From: Bdellovibrio sp.
GTDB taxonomy: Bacteria; Bdellovibrionota; Bdellovibrionia; Bdellovibrionales; Bdellovibrionaceae
DNA: 64,000 bases
Direction of reading: 5' to 3'
Assembly (NCBI GenBank): GCA_036677065.1
Contig: JAKFBS010000003.1
Coordinates: forward strand, 128,001 to 192,000
In this document: one piece after another, positions 39,249 to 48,441 of the stretch
Layout: every line of letters starts with the position of its first letter
Numbering within the stretch: the first letter of the stretch is position 1
The notes under the pieces: model-generated
What the model saw: only the letters and a program-made list of their open reading frames with translations
The model's database searches: none
What the model was told of the DNA's origin: nothing
Made by a program: the position numbers and the translations under genes

Positions 39249-40511
39249 ATGTCTGAAATGATCACCAATTGTTTTGATAGCCACACGCATTTTTTAGCCA
39301 CGGGCCAAGTCGCGCTTGAGCTGTCATTACGTGATCTCAAATCAGCAGACGATGTAAAAAATCTTAAAATTGAAAAACATCATTACCGTGGTGATTGGTT
39401 AGTTGGCTTTGGTTGGAATCACAATAACTGGACTTCACAAGAATTGCCGAATAAGTCTCAATTAGATCGGTTGTTTCCCGATACACCAGTTTATTTTTCA
39501 CGAGTTGATGGCCATAGCGCCTGGATCAATTCAAAAGCGATTGCCCTCTTGAATATTCAAGGTGAATGTTCAGGTATCTTACTTGAACACGATCATATTA
39601 ATGCCTTATTTAAATTGCCAGAATACAGTGATCAGCAATTAACCCAGTTTTTACTTAAAGCTGGCGAAATTTTTAATACCGGTGGGTTTACCCATGTGCG
39701 TGATATGTCGATGAACTATCGCCAGTGGCAATTGCAAAAAACACTGTGCGAAGAAAACAAATTAAAAATTTACTGCGAAGGTTTTGTTACCGTTGAATCA
39801 CCTTCAGATTTTGATCGCGGTTTTGCTGAATATCAAAAATGCATTGATGACCCTTGTGCGCAATTAAAAGTTAAAGGCTTAAAAATCTTTATCGATGGTT
39901 CATTGGGTTCAAAAACAGCGTATCTATCACAAAATTATGTCGGCGATACTCAGCGTGGTTTATTACTTTGGAAAGCCAGCGATATTAAATTAGCGATTGC
40001 TTACTGCTGGCGTAATAAAATGGAAATCGCTATTCACTGCATCGGTGATGAGGCTGCACACACGGTGGCATTATGTGCGCGCGAAGTGTCTGCTGCGGGT
40101 TTACTGGGTAAGATTCATCTAGAGCATGCGCAGTTGCTGCGACCTGAAACCATTCCGTTGCTGAAGCCGTTGCACGTGTATATGCATATGCAGCCCTGTC
40201 ACTGGTTATCAGATCATGCGTGGTTACCAGGTACCATTGGTGATCTGACAAAATATTTATTTCAATGGGAAGCTTTAAGAAAAAACCGCATTCATGTCGA
40301 TTTCGGTTCAGATTCGCCGATTGAGCCCACAAATTTATTGTTAACTCGAAAAGCTTTAAACGAGAGTGCTAAGCAGATTCCAGTACCGTCTGAAGATTGG
40401 AAGCGTTTTCACACTTATCCAACTTCTGGGTGGGGACAGTGCCAAACCGAATTTGATGATCAGGGTATTATCAGTATTCAGTTTAACGGCGAAACTATTC
40501 AGATCCGATAG
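39249..40511 (+). CDS. Metal-dependent amidohydrolase (YtcJ/Amidohydro_3-like)
   Basis: FDSHTH, RVDGHSAWINS, KIFIDGSLGS, IHCIGD, HLEHAQ, FGSDSP. Confidence 0.88.
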   Translation: MSEMITNCFDSHTHFLATGQVALELSLRDLKSADDVKNLKIEKHHYRGDWLVGFGWNHNNWTSQELPNKSQLDRLFPDTPVYFSRVDGHSAWINSKAIALLNIQGECSGILLEHDHINALFKLPEYSDQQLTQFLLKAGEIFNTGGFTHVRDMSMNYRQWQLQKTLCEENKLKIYCEGFVTVESPSDFDRGFAEYQKCIDDPCAQLKVKGLKIFIDGSLGSKTAYLSQNYVGDTQRGLLLWKASDIKLAIAYCWRNKMEIAIHCIGDEAAHTVALCAREVSAAGLLGKIHLEHAQLLRPETIPLLKPLHVYMHMQPCHWLSDHAWLPGTIGDLTKYLFQWEALRKNRIHVDFGSDSPIEPTNLLLTRKALNESAKQIPVPSEDWKRFHTYPTSGWGQCQTEFDDQGIISIQFNGETIQIR

Positions 40512-41256
40512 ACACCTCGTAAGATTTTAAAAAGAATGCGGTGGCAACGGCTGCAAGGCCTATCAGGTATTTATTTTTATTCTCTTTAAAGTGATCCACC
40601 ATTAAGTCTGAACCCCAATTGTATTTTTGTGTCATGCTACAACCTTCAGAAAAATGCGGAATCACCTGTAAATCAAGCTGGCTCACAAATTCTGTGTAGC
40701 GCGGGTGATCGCAATCGCCGTTTAAGAAATATTTTTTCTCATCATTTTCAGTGTAAGAAATGTAATCCAATTCAATATGCTTAATTTCGTTTAAATAAGA
40801 ATCAAGGCGCATACGATTCTGTAAGTTATTCGCGATATTAACGCCTGCGATGAGAAGTATTTTATCTGAAGCTTCTTCTTTAGTGCTTTCCAGAATGGTG
40901 TGCAATTTTTTAAGCTTACTTGCTTGGCTATTATTAGGCGCAATTTTTTCACTCGCTAAAATTAGGTTTTTAATTTGATCTAAGGTAAGATCATCTTCTT
41001 TTAAACTTAAATTTAAATTTTTACCAAACTCTGCAACATAATTCTTGTTGTCTAAATCAAACGTTTCGATCAAACGATCAAAGTGCGGCGTTTGTCTTTG
41101 TTTTAATTTTGAAAAGTCTTGTGGTAAACAAAGATATCCATTTTTTTCACAGATTTTTTTATAATCTGAAAGCGGCGTGTTTTTATTGGCCACTAATAAA
41201 ACTTCAGCTTGAGAAAAACTCGTGATCGTTAATAGTAATAAAAATAAATATTTCAT
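40495..41256 (-). CDS. Hypothetical exported protein with C-terminal hydrophobic segment (end of Tad pilin operon)
   Basis: Signal peptide; starts 3 nt after the stop of the cpaB-like gene. Confidence 0.6.
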   Translation of the reverse strand: MKYLFLLLLTITSFSQAEVLLVANKNTPLSDYKKICEKNGYLCLPQDFSKLKQRQTPHFDRLIETFDLDNKNYVAEFGKNLNLSLKEDDLTLDQIKNLILASEKIAPNNSQASKLKKLHTILESTKEEASDKILLIAGVNIANNLQNRMRLDSYLNEIKHIELDYISYTENDEKKYFLNGDCDHPRYTEFVSQLDLQVIPHFSEGCSMTQKYNWGSDLMVDHFKENKNKYLIGLAAVATAFFLKSYEVSIGSE

Positions 41257-41259
41257 AAA

Positions 41260-41745
41260 TCAGCCCCCGTTATATTCAATTTTTACAGTTTTTTTAGTTT
41301 GCACTTGCTCGCTCACCGCCGGATTAGCGCTTGTTTCAGTCTTATTTTGAATGACTGCGAAAAATGGCCCATCATACTGCATCAGCACACTTGATAAATG
41401 ATCTGGTAGCAGTAACGAATAAGCATGCAGGTTATTTGGTGCGCGTAAAATTTTAACTTTTTGAAAGATTTTTTTAGAATTACGAGAATTACTTTTACCT
41501 AAGTAAATATCTACGACGCCGTAGCTTTCAATTAAGCTTGCGATAGCTGCGATATTTTCTAACTCGATCGGCACCAAGGCGTAGCCATTAGGAATAAGCG
41601 TATCTACGGTTAATAGCTTTTCTTGTGCAGGTTTGGCGTCAGAACCAACGGTTGTGTAAATATAGACAAACACAAAAAATAAAAACATAAACACAAAATA
41701 TTTATGCTGTTGTAAGGATTGTTTAAGGCGAGTTTTGATATCCAT
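41260..41745 (-). CDS. CpaB/RcpC-like Tad assembly protein (short)
   Basis: N-terminal TM; LIPNGYALVPI...GVVDIY...IFQKVKILRA resembles the RcpC domain; Tad context. Confidence 0.55.
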   Translation of the reverse strand: MDIKTRLKQSLQQHKYFVFMFLFFVFVYIYTTVGSDAKPAQEKLLTVDTLIPNGYALVPIELENIAAIASLIESYGVVDIYLGKSNSRNSKKIFQKVKILRAPNNLHAYSLLLPDHLSSVLMQYDGPFFAVIQNKTETSANPAVSEQVQTKKTVKIEYNGG

Positions 41746-41903
41746 TAGTGACTTCCTTTTACAGATTTAGAAATTTTGTATTGATCAGACATCGCGCGCT
41801 GGTTTTTAGAAAGCGTCATGATTGCGGTGGCCAGTGCCGTAAAAAGCACAATTGTTAAAACAAATTCGGCGATCACTTGTCCGCGTTGATTTTTAAGCCC
41901 CAT
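41745..41903 (-). CDS. Small Flp/TadE-like prepilin (52 aa; absent from the ORF track)
   Basis: MGLKNQRG|QVIAEFVLTIVLFTALATAIMTLSKNQRAMSDQYKISKSVKGSH*; class III signal with Glu at +5; TAATG coupling to the cpaB-like gene. Confidence 0.75.
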   Translation of the reverse strand: MGLKNQRGQVIAEFVLTIVLFTALATAIMTLSKNQRAMSDQYKISKSVKGSH

Positions 41904-42601
41904 TTTTTACCCCTTAAATCTGGAGCGACAGAACATTGCAGATTTAAAACATTCATCCATGTAAAAAATCTTTGATACTGTTCGCTCGTTTTAAAGTACA
42001 TATTCCAAGCATAGGCCAAGTTCTGCTTTGATTCGGCATTTTCTAGCCATTCGTAGTTCGGGCCGACACCGCCTTCCGAATCCGGACGGATTGCCAGAGT
42101 GGGTGCAGAGCGGGGAGTAAAAGTTGACCACATCAAAATCATAAATCGCCAAGGGTGGGCCATTTCTCTTTGCCCAGAGTTAATTTTTGCAATTAAAGCA
42201 TAGTGTTTCGCTTGCAATTCAAGACGCGCTTTATTAAGAATCACTTTTTGAATCCCATCCAATATATTTTGCGCCTGATAATGGCCGTCTAATATTTTTT
42301 GTAAGGCAGGAACAGCTGGCGGATCAAGTACTAGGGCAATCGCAATCGCTGCCTTTGTGGTTTTGATTCCAAGGCGAATTATAGTTGATTCGGGATTAAG
42401 AGCAAACAGCGCCCGCACATTTTCTAAAGTCGATATTTGGATCTCAGTGGCCTCGAGAAGGCAGGTGCTGCGCACATAATCGCGCTGTTGTGATAGAGCA
42501 ATGGCGAAAGTGCCAGTTAAATAAAGGCTAACAAAAGACATCAGCACGAACACAAATGTCAGATTAACGAAACCTTTAGAGCTGTGGACGAAATTTTTCA
42601 T
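41873..42601 (-). CDS. TadG-like or pseudopilin-like protein
   Basis: SSKG|FVNLTFVFVLM hydrophobic prepilin-like N-terminus lacking Glu+5; within the pilin cluster. Confidence 0.5.
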   Translation of the reverse strand: MKNFVHSSKGFVNLTFVFVLMSFVSLYLTGTFAIALSQQRDYVRSTCLLEATEIQISTLENVRALFALNPESTIIRLGIKTTKAAIAIALVLDPPAVPALQKILDGHYQAQNILDGIQKVILNKARLELQAKHYALIAKINSGQREMAHPWRFMILMWSTFTPRSAPTLAIRPDSEGGVGPNYEWLENAESKQNLAYAWNMYFKTSEQYQRFFTWMNVLNLQCSVAPDLRGKKWGLKINADK

Positions 42602-42932
42602 AATCAAACTCACGTGTAATTGTCATCGATGCTAAATGCGTGGCTGAAATCGTTAAAATAATTTTTTGACCAGGCTTTTTGATTCTGACTGAAATATTTT
42701 TCATTTGATTTTGCTGTAAACGAGTTTTTAAGCGCTGTTCGCAACTGGGCTTACGAGCTAACTCGCAGAAAAAATAGTCTTCAGCCATTGAATCAAGGGC
42801 TACTGAGAAAATCACTTTGATCAGGCAATATAGCAATAAATAAAGAAAAAGCCCTGTGATGCTCATCATTCCCAGAGCTTCAAGTAGGGCTTGGCCTTTA
42901 TTATTACTTACCGTTATTTGTTTTTGCGCCAT
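42576..42932 (-). CDS. TadE-like minor pilin
   Basis: NNKG|QALLEAL followed by a TM helix. Confidence 0.65.
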   Translation of the reverse strand: MAQKQITVSNNKGQALLEALGMMSITGLFLYLLLYCLIKVIFSVALDSMAEDYFFCELARKPSCEQRLKTRLQQNQMKNISVRIKKPGQKIILTISATHLASMTITREFDYEKFRPQL

Positions 42933-43158
42933 CTAAAAAATTCGATAAATCTTTTTGCGCCATAGCACCAGCGCTGGCATTTTCTGCTTTTAATTCTTGG
43001 CCGTCAGCACCAAGAGCGCGATTAATATTTTCATATTTCTTAGTTAAGTTGTTACCCACAACTTTAACCACGCCGATTGTCGCTACCGCGATCAGGGCAA
43101 CGAGCATTAAATATTCGATTAGGCCTTGGCCCTTTTTGTTTTTTAGAATTTTAGACAT
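42904..43158 (-). CDS. flp: Flp family type IVb major pilin
   Basis: MSKILKNKKG|QGLIEYLMLVALIAVA; SD GGAGG 7 nt before ATG 43158. Confidence 0.9.
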   Translation of the reverse strand: MSKILKNKKGQGLIEYLMLVALIAVATIGVVKVVGNNLTKKYENINRALGADGQELKAENASAGAMAQKDLSNFLDGAKTNNGK

Positions 43159-43262
43159 AAAAAAACCTCCATGAAGGAGGCTTTCTGCAAAGGCCCTGAA
43201 CAAGTCGAAGGCCTTTTTATAATTTATTGAATCCGTTATTCGAGAATAACCGGATTATCGGA

Positions 43263-43733
43263 TTACTTCTTAGCTTTTTTCTTTGCAACCGGAACAGCTT
43301 TAGCAGCCACTTTAGCTTTTACTACAGGTTTAGCTGCTGGTTTTGCCGCGGCTTTAACTGGAGCAGCTTTTACTGCAGGCTTAGCAACAGCTTTAACTGG
43401 AGCAGCCGGAGCAGGTTTAGCTTTAGCAGCTAATTTTTCTTGAGCAGCTACTTTGGCCTGTTTTTCTTGGGCGGCGACAGCTTGAGCTTCAAGTTTTGCG
43501 GCAGCTTTGCTTTCAGTTTTTTGCGCTTTTTTAGCAGCTTTGCGACCAGTCACGATACGGTCTAAAATTTCGTAAGCTTCTTTTTGTAAATCATTTTCAA
43601 AAATGAAACGGTAAAAACCTTCGATTTCAGGAGATTGGCGAAATTTTTTTAATGATGTCGGTAAGCTTTCAGATTGAACGAAATCAATTGAGCTACCATC
43701 TTTAGAAAGTTTAACTTTTTCAGCCATTTGCAC
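43263..43733 (-). CDS. Protein with Lys/Ala/Pro-rich histone-H1-like tail
   Basis: Globular N-domain (FRQSPEIEGFYRFIFENDL) followed by AKPA/PVKAA repeats. Confidence 0.7.
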   Translation of the reverse strand: MQMAEKVKLSKDGSSIDFVQSESLPTSLKKFRQSPEIEGFYRFIFENDLQKEAYEILDRIVTGRKAAKKAQKTESKAAAKLEAQAVAAQEKQAKVAAQEKLAAKAKPAPAAPVKAVAKPAVKAAPVKAAAKPAAKPVVKAKVAAKAVPVAKKKAKK

Positions 43734-43871
43734 ACCTCTTTTGTCTAACTTCGCAATCTAGTAGAAAACTTGGTTCTGGTCAAGAAACCATTGTTCGTGT
43801 TGCCGTTTGTAACCCCTTGAAATCTCTCACATATTTGCTACTTTTAAGTCTCACGATAGAAATGAGGCTAC

Positions 43872-44726
43872 ATGATGAAGCTCCTTAAGGGTCAACCGGT
43901 CAGTGAAAAAATCCAGGCGGATATCAAATCCGAGATCGCATCATGGCCAACCAAAGGACTTCCTCTTCCCCATTTAAGTGTGATTCTTGTCGGTAATGAT
44001 CCGGCTAGCCAAGTTTATGTTGGGCACAAAGCCAGAATGTGTGAAGCTCTGGGCTTTTCATCAGAAGTCATCAGACTAGATGAAAAAATCTCAGAAGCTG
44101 AACTACTCAAAAAAATTGATGAACTTAATAAAAATCCGAAAGTGGATGGCATCTTGGTGCAATTACCTCTGCCAAAACATATTCACGAGCGTAATGCTTT
44201 AGAAAAAATCTCACCACTTAAAGATGTCGACTGTTTAACAAAAACAAACATCGGTTCAATGGTCGTAGGTGATGCGATTGTAAAACCTTGCACTCCAGCA
44301 GGAATCATCGAGATTTTAAAATTCTACGATATTAAAATTGCCGGTCAAAAAATCGCCGTCATCGGCCGTAGCCAAATCGTGGGAACTCCGCTTGTGCATT
44401 TATTAACGCAAGAAAATGCGACAGTTACTTTATTTCATTCTAAATCTGAAAACCTTATGCAAGAGATTAAAACTTTCGACATCGTTTGTGTGGCGATCGG
44501 TAAATCTGAATACTTCAAAGCCACAGATTTTAAACAAGGTGCGATTGTTATTGATGTGGGAATTCACAGAAGTGCAGATCATAAATTAACGGGTGATGTC
44601 GCGAAAGCTACAGAAAATGATTCGTGGTTATCTGCGCAATCACCTGTGCCTGGCGGAGTCGGTGTAACAACTATTGCCATGCTAATGCAAAACACTTTAC
44701 AGGCCTGCAAAGCCCGCAGACAATAA
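43872..44726 (+). CDS. folD: Bifunctional methylenetetrahydrofolate dehydrogenase/cyclohydrolase
   Basis: VGNDPASQVYV, DGILVQLPLP, KDVD, PCTPAG, GRSQIVG, PVPGGVG. Confidence 0.95.
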   Translation: MMKLLKGQPVSEKIQADIKSEIASWPTKGLPLPHLSVILVGNDPASQVYVGHKARMCEALGFSSEVIRLDEKISEAELLKKIDELNKNPKVDGILVQLPLPKHIHERNALEKISPLKDVDCLTKTNIGSMVVGDAIVKPCTPAGIIEILKFYDIKIAGQKIAVIGRSQIVGTPLVHLLTQENATVTLFHSKSENLMQEIKTFDIVCVAIGKSEYFKATDFKQGAIVIDVGIHRSADHKLTGDVAKATENDSWLSAQSPVPGGVGVTTIAMLMQNTLQACKARRQ

Positions 44727-44731
44727 AAGTT

Positions 44732-45730
44732 ATGAAAATTTATTTAGCTATAACTTCGTTATTTTTTTCATTGCCTTTACTGGCCGCGCCAAAGTTTACC
44801 CTTAAAAAAGTTTGGCAAATTCCCGCACAAACTAAATTAGAAAACTTCACAGTTGGTGGCCTTTCTGGTTGCAGTAAACTGAACGAAGAGATTTATTTTG
44901 TATCTGACGATCGTGGCAATCAAGGTCATCCAAGAATTTTAGTTCTAAATTATGATAGTCAAAAAGCAGAATTAAACATAAAAGACCAGAAATGGTTACG
45001 CGTGGCTAAGCCCATAGATAATAAAACTTTCTTGGATATGGAAGGCATTGCGCGTATCTCTGCTGATCGCACGTTAATTTCGAGTGAAGGTGATCTTAGT
45101 CAAAAACCACGTCAGCCAGTTTCTCTTTTTTGGATTAATTCAAGCGGTCAGCGCCTAAGCGATGTGACTCTGCCTACAAAATTTATTGCCAACCCTTCAG
45201 GGTTACAAACTCGCGGCACGCAAAACAATATGGGCTTTGAAGGCTTAAGTATGGATGCGGATCTTGGTTTATGGGGCGCGATTTTAGAAGGCCCACTGGT
45301 GCAAGATCCAACTAAGTTAATTATGATTGAAGGGTCTGCTTCGGGCACTTCAGTGCAAAACGAATGGTCTTACCCAATTCCGCAATATATCGGAGATGGT
45401 TTAGGCGCTGCGATGGGTGTTACAGATTTTGTTTATGATAAAAATCAAAGTCTGATTGTGATCGAACGTGGGGTAAGCCTTAGTCTAAATGGTGTCAACT
45501 ACGATGCCCAGATGTGTACCGCTGAAAAGAATCCAGCAACTAAGTCGATTAAAAAGAACTGCTTTTACGACTTTGCTCAGGATAAAGCCCTTAAAGCCCA
45601 TGTGAAAGAAGTGCTAAATTACGAAGGTATCTGCTGGCTCAATGATCAAAAGACTCAGTTTATGGTCATTAATGATAATAATTTTTCAAAGACCGAGAAT
45701 AACCTTTTTCTTTTATACCAAATCGACTAA
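44732..45730 (+). CDS. Secreted esterase-like-activity-of-phytase family beta-propeller protein
   Basis: Signal peptide from ATG 44732; GGLSG, VSDDRG, DMEGI, ISSEG, NNMGFEGL, NYEGI, INDNNF. Confidence 0.78.
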   Translation: MKIYLAITSLFFSLPLLAAPKFTLKKVWQIPAQTKLENFTVGGLSGCSKLNEEIYFVSDDRGNQGHPRILVLNYDSQKAELNIKDQKWLRVAKPIDNKTFLDMEGIARISADRTLISSEGDLSQKPRQPVSLFWINSSGQRLSDVTLPTKFIANPSGLQTRGTQNNMGFEGLSMDADLGLWGAILEGPLVQDPTKLIMIEGSASGTSVQNEWSYPIPQYIGDGLGAAMGVTDFVYDKNQSLIVIERGVSLSLNGVNYDAQMCTAEKNPATKSIKKNCFYDFAQDKALKAHVKEVLNYEGICWLNDQKTQFMVINDNNFSKTENNLFLLYQID

Positions 45731-45784
45731 ATAGTGCCTCTGACTTAAGAGGATCGTGCCGAAGGCGCGTAAAGGTATATACCC

Positions 45785-47110
45785 ATGAGAATTTGGAAGC
45801 TAAAAAAAGGCTCTGATCAACGTTTACGTTCGCGCCACCCGTGGGTGTTTTCTAATGAATTGATGGATAGCCCACGCGGCCTAACTCCTGGCGAATTAGT
45901 TGAAGTTCATGATTATCAAGGTCACTTTATTGCCCGTGGTTATGGTAATCCTAGTTCTTTAATCGCTTTTCGTGCGATGACTTACGAATTAAAAGATTTT
46001 GAAATCGGCGAAGTTCCTTTTATTAGTTCTAAACTTTATACCGCTTGGGAAAAGCGTATTCATTTAGGCTTTTCAGATTCGTTTCGTATTTGTTATTCTG
46101 AAGCCGATTCTTTACCAGGCCTAATTATGGATCGTTACGTTTTTGAAAAAGACGGTGAACGTTACCAAGTTTTATCTTACCAATTATTAACTTACGGTAT
46201 GAATCGTATTTTTGAAAAAGCTGAAGCGATTTATAAGCAGCTTGTTGAAGCTATATTTTCGCAAAAACTTTCTGATATTGATTGGGCGCATACGATTTTA
46301 TTACAACGTAATGATGTGAATATCAGAAAACTCGAAGGCCTTGACGTTGAAGAGCCTAAAGTTATCTATAACCCTAAAGACATTTCTTTAACTGATTTGC
46401 AGATTATTATTCCTTCAGTGATGGCTAGTGCTTTGAATACGACCGAGACCTTGAAATTTTCAGTGAATTTAATCGAAGGTCAAAAAACCGGTTTTTTCTT
46501 AGATCAAACGCATAACATCCGTTTGTTGATTCAAAGTTTAGAAGGTCTTATTCGCGTGAAAGAATTTACTGACGAGAAGCCGCTAAAAATTTTAGATCTT
46601 TGCTGTTACATGGGTCAGTGGTCGGCGCAGATCGCGTTTTATTTAAAACAAAAAAATATTCCTTTCCAGGTCTTATTGGTGGATGTTTCTGAACTTGCAC
46701 TTGAAAAAGCTAAAGAGAATTTGAAACGCTATACGAGTAAAGTTTCTGTATTGAAGGCCGATGTTCTTAAAGATCTTGGAACTATCACTGACAATAGTTT
46801 TCACGTTGTTATTTCTGATCCGCCGGCTTTTGTTAAAAATAAAAAAGATATGGAATCGGGCCTTCATGGGTATATGAAGTTGAATGAACAGGCGTTTCGC
46901 ATTGTGATGAGCAAGGGTGTTGTGGCATCGTGCTCTTGTTCTGGCTCTGTGCAAATGGCGGATTTTAAGAGTTCATTGCGTAAATCGATTATTCGTACTG
47001 GTAAAAAAGCCCAGCTTATCTGTGAAGGCGGCTTAGGATGGGATCATCCTGGTTTGATTCAGTTTCCCGAAGGTCAGTATTTGAAGATGTTATTACATAA
47101 AGTTGAGTAA
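45785..47110 (+). CDS. RlmI-like class I SAM-dependent rRNA methyltransferase
   Basis: PUA-like HPWVFSNE, SEADSLPGL, GQKTGFFLDQ, DPPAF, SCSCS, DHP..PEGQYLK. Confidence 0.88.
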   Translation: MRIWKLKKGSDQRLRSRHPWVFSNELMDSPRGLTPGELVEVHDYQGHFIARGYGNPSSLIAFRAMTYELKDFEIGEVPFISSKLYTAWEKRIHLGFSDSFRICYSEADSLPGLIMDRYVFEKDGERYQVLSYQLLTYGMNRIFEKAEAIYKQLVEAIFSQKLSDIDWAHTILLQRNDVNIRKLEGLDVEEPKVIYNPKDISLTDLQIIIPSVMASALNTTETLKFSVNLIEGQKTGFFLDQTHNIRLLIQSLEGLIRVKEFTDEKPLKILDLCCYMGQWSAQIAFYLKQKNIPFQVLLVDVSELALEKAKENLKRYTSKVSVLKADVLKDLGTITDNSFHVVISDPPAFVKNKKDMESGLHGYMKLNEQAFRIVMSKGVVASCSCSGSVQMADFKSSLRKSIIRTGKKAQLICEGGLGWDHPGLIQFPEGQYLKMLLHKVE

Positions 47111-47229
47111 TTTTTTTTGGGCTTGGTTTGAATCCGGCCGCTGCGCTGGTTTGCCTTCCTGGCCGGCCTTTCTGACGGCATCATGTTTTACTCTATTTAT
47201 CTTGTGGTCTTTTTTTCGCTCTTGTTTTG

Positions 47230-47348
47230 GGTTTACATTGTAAACCGAAATCCTGAGTGTGGAAAATGCGTCATCATGGATTTCTTTAATCGCTCTGTAT
47301 TTAGATCAACATTGTTGACTGAAACCCTGAGTGTTAAAAGCGCGTCAT
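47230..47348. repeat. Two imperfect ~40-bp direct repeats (74-bp period), each led by a palindrome
   Basis: ACATTGTAAACCGAAATCCTGAGTGTGGAAAATGCGTCAT versus ACATTGTTGACTGAAACCCTGAGTGTTAAAAGCGCGTCAT, 32/40 identical without gaps. Confidence 0.7.
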
Positions 47349-47451
47349 AAATTTTAGGCTGGCCGTTCGCGGCTTAAATAGCGATCGGGGCTCTGTCCTG
47401 TCTGTTGCTGACGAAAGCCCGATCTTATAATTGAACTTAATTTTTTTAAAA

Positions 47452-48327
47452 CTATCTTTGCGCTTGTTGTACTTGTTGAACTTGGCCTTGGATTGTTTGT
47501 TGTTGGCCTTGGATTGTTTGTTGTTGGCCTTGAGCTGCGAAGATCTGTTGTTGGAACGCTGTCATTTTGTTGATGTAATCTTTAAGAGCTGTGTTTTCTT
47601 TTCTTAAGATTTCTGTTTGGGTTCTTGATTGTTCAAACTGACCACGCACGTTATCTAGTTCTGATTGGATTCTATCGCCTTCTAGTTTTAGCTCGACGAT
47701 TTTGTTTTCAGCTACTGTCATTAAATGTTTAATCGTTTCAGCTTGTTCTTGTGATGTGCCTTCGATTTCTGTCATGCCAGTTTCAAGTTCATTGATTCTG
47801 CCACTTAACATTTCGATTTGTTCTTCTTTTTGTTTTGATTCAGCAGCTAGGCCTTGATTCATGTCTAATAAGCGGCCTTTTTCTTTTTGAAAATCAAATT
47901 GAATGTTTTCGTAATTTTCTAAGTACTGCTTACGATCATCCATTTGTGCTTGGATAGCTTTAGTTTTGATTTCTTGGATCTCTAATTGAAGTTTTAAAGA
48001 TAAATCCAGTGATCTTGCTAAATCTGTCGATAGTTTTGAATTGTGTGATCTTTCTTGGTTTAAAAGATCTGTTAATTCTTTCACTTTGACCGTTAGATCA
48101 GAGTTTGATGTTGTCATCTTCTCTAATGAATCGATTTTTAGCTTCATGTCTTCGTGATTCGAGACCAGCTCGATTTGAAAGTTTTTCAGCTGATTCTGCA
48201 TTTTGTCCAACTGGACAACGCGGTCTTTTGAGCTTTTTTGGTCTTCGTCTTGTGACAATTCGTTCAGCTTGTGACAAATTTCGTTAAAAATCTTCTCGTG
48301 TTCTGGGATATTTAAAGTTTCGATCAT
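47452..48327 (-). CDS. All-coiled-coil cytoplasmic protein with Gln-rich tail
   Basis: Heptad-rich 291 aa; C-terminal QGQQQTI x2 from a 21-bp tandem repeat. Confidence 0.75.
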   Translation of the reverse strand: MIETLNIPEHEKIFNEICHKLNELSQDEDQKSSKDRVVQLDKMQNQLKNFQIELVSNHEDMKLKIDSLEKMTTSNSDLTVKVKELTDLLNQERSHNSKLSTDLARSLDLSLKLQLEIQEIKTKAIQAQMDDRKQYLENYENIQFDFQKEKGRLLDMNQGLAAESKQKEEQIEMLSGRINELETGMTEIEGTSQEQAETIKHLMTVAENKIVELKLEGDRIQSELDNVRGQFEQSRTQTEILRKENTALKDYINKMTAFQQQIFAAQGQQQTIQGQQQTIQGQVQQVQQAQR

Positions 48328-48441
48328 GTAAAGTGTTCCTCGCTTGCAGTACTAACAGCTTATGCAACGACCAAGTTGTTGACCATAAGTCCTGTTTTGG
48401 TTTTAAATAATCCAGTATAAAGTCCAGAGAATAGACGAAGG

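Noticed and set aside
43165..43215. c-di-GMP-I riboswitch (AAAGCCTCC resemblance)
   Set aside because: The GGCAAAC...GAAA tetraloop P2 architecture is absent.
47230..47348. CRISPR array or integron attC sites
   Set aside because: Only two imperfect units, no cas or intI genes, and no GTTRRRY/RYYYAAC boxes in the right arrangement.
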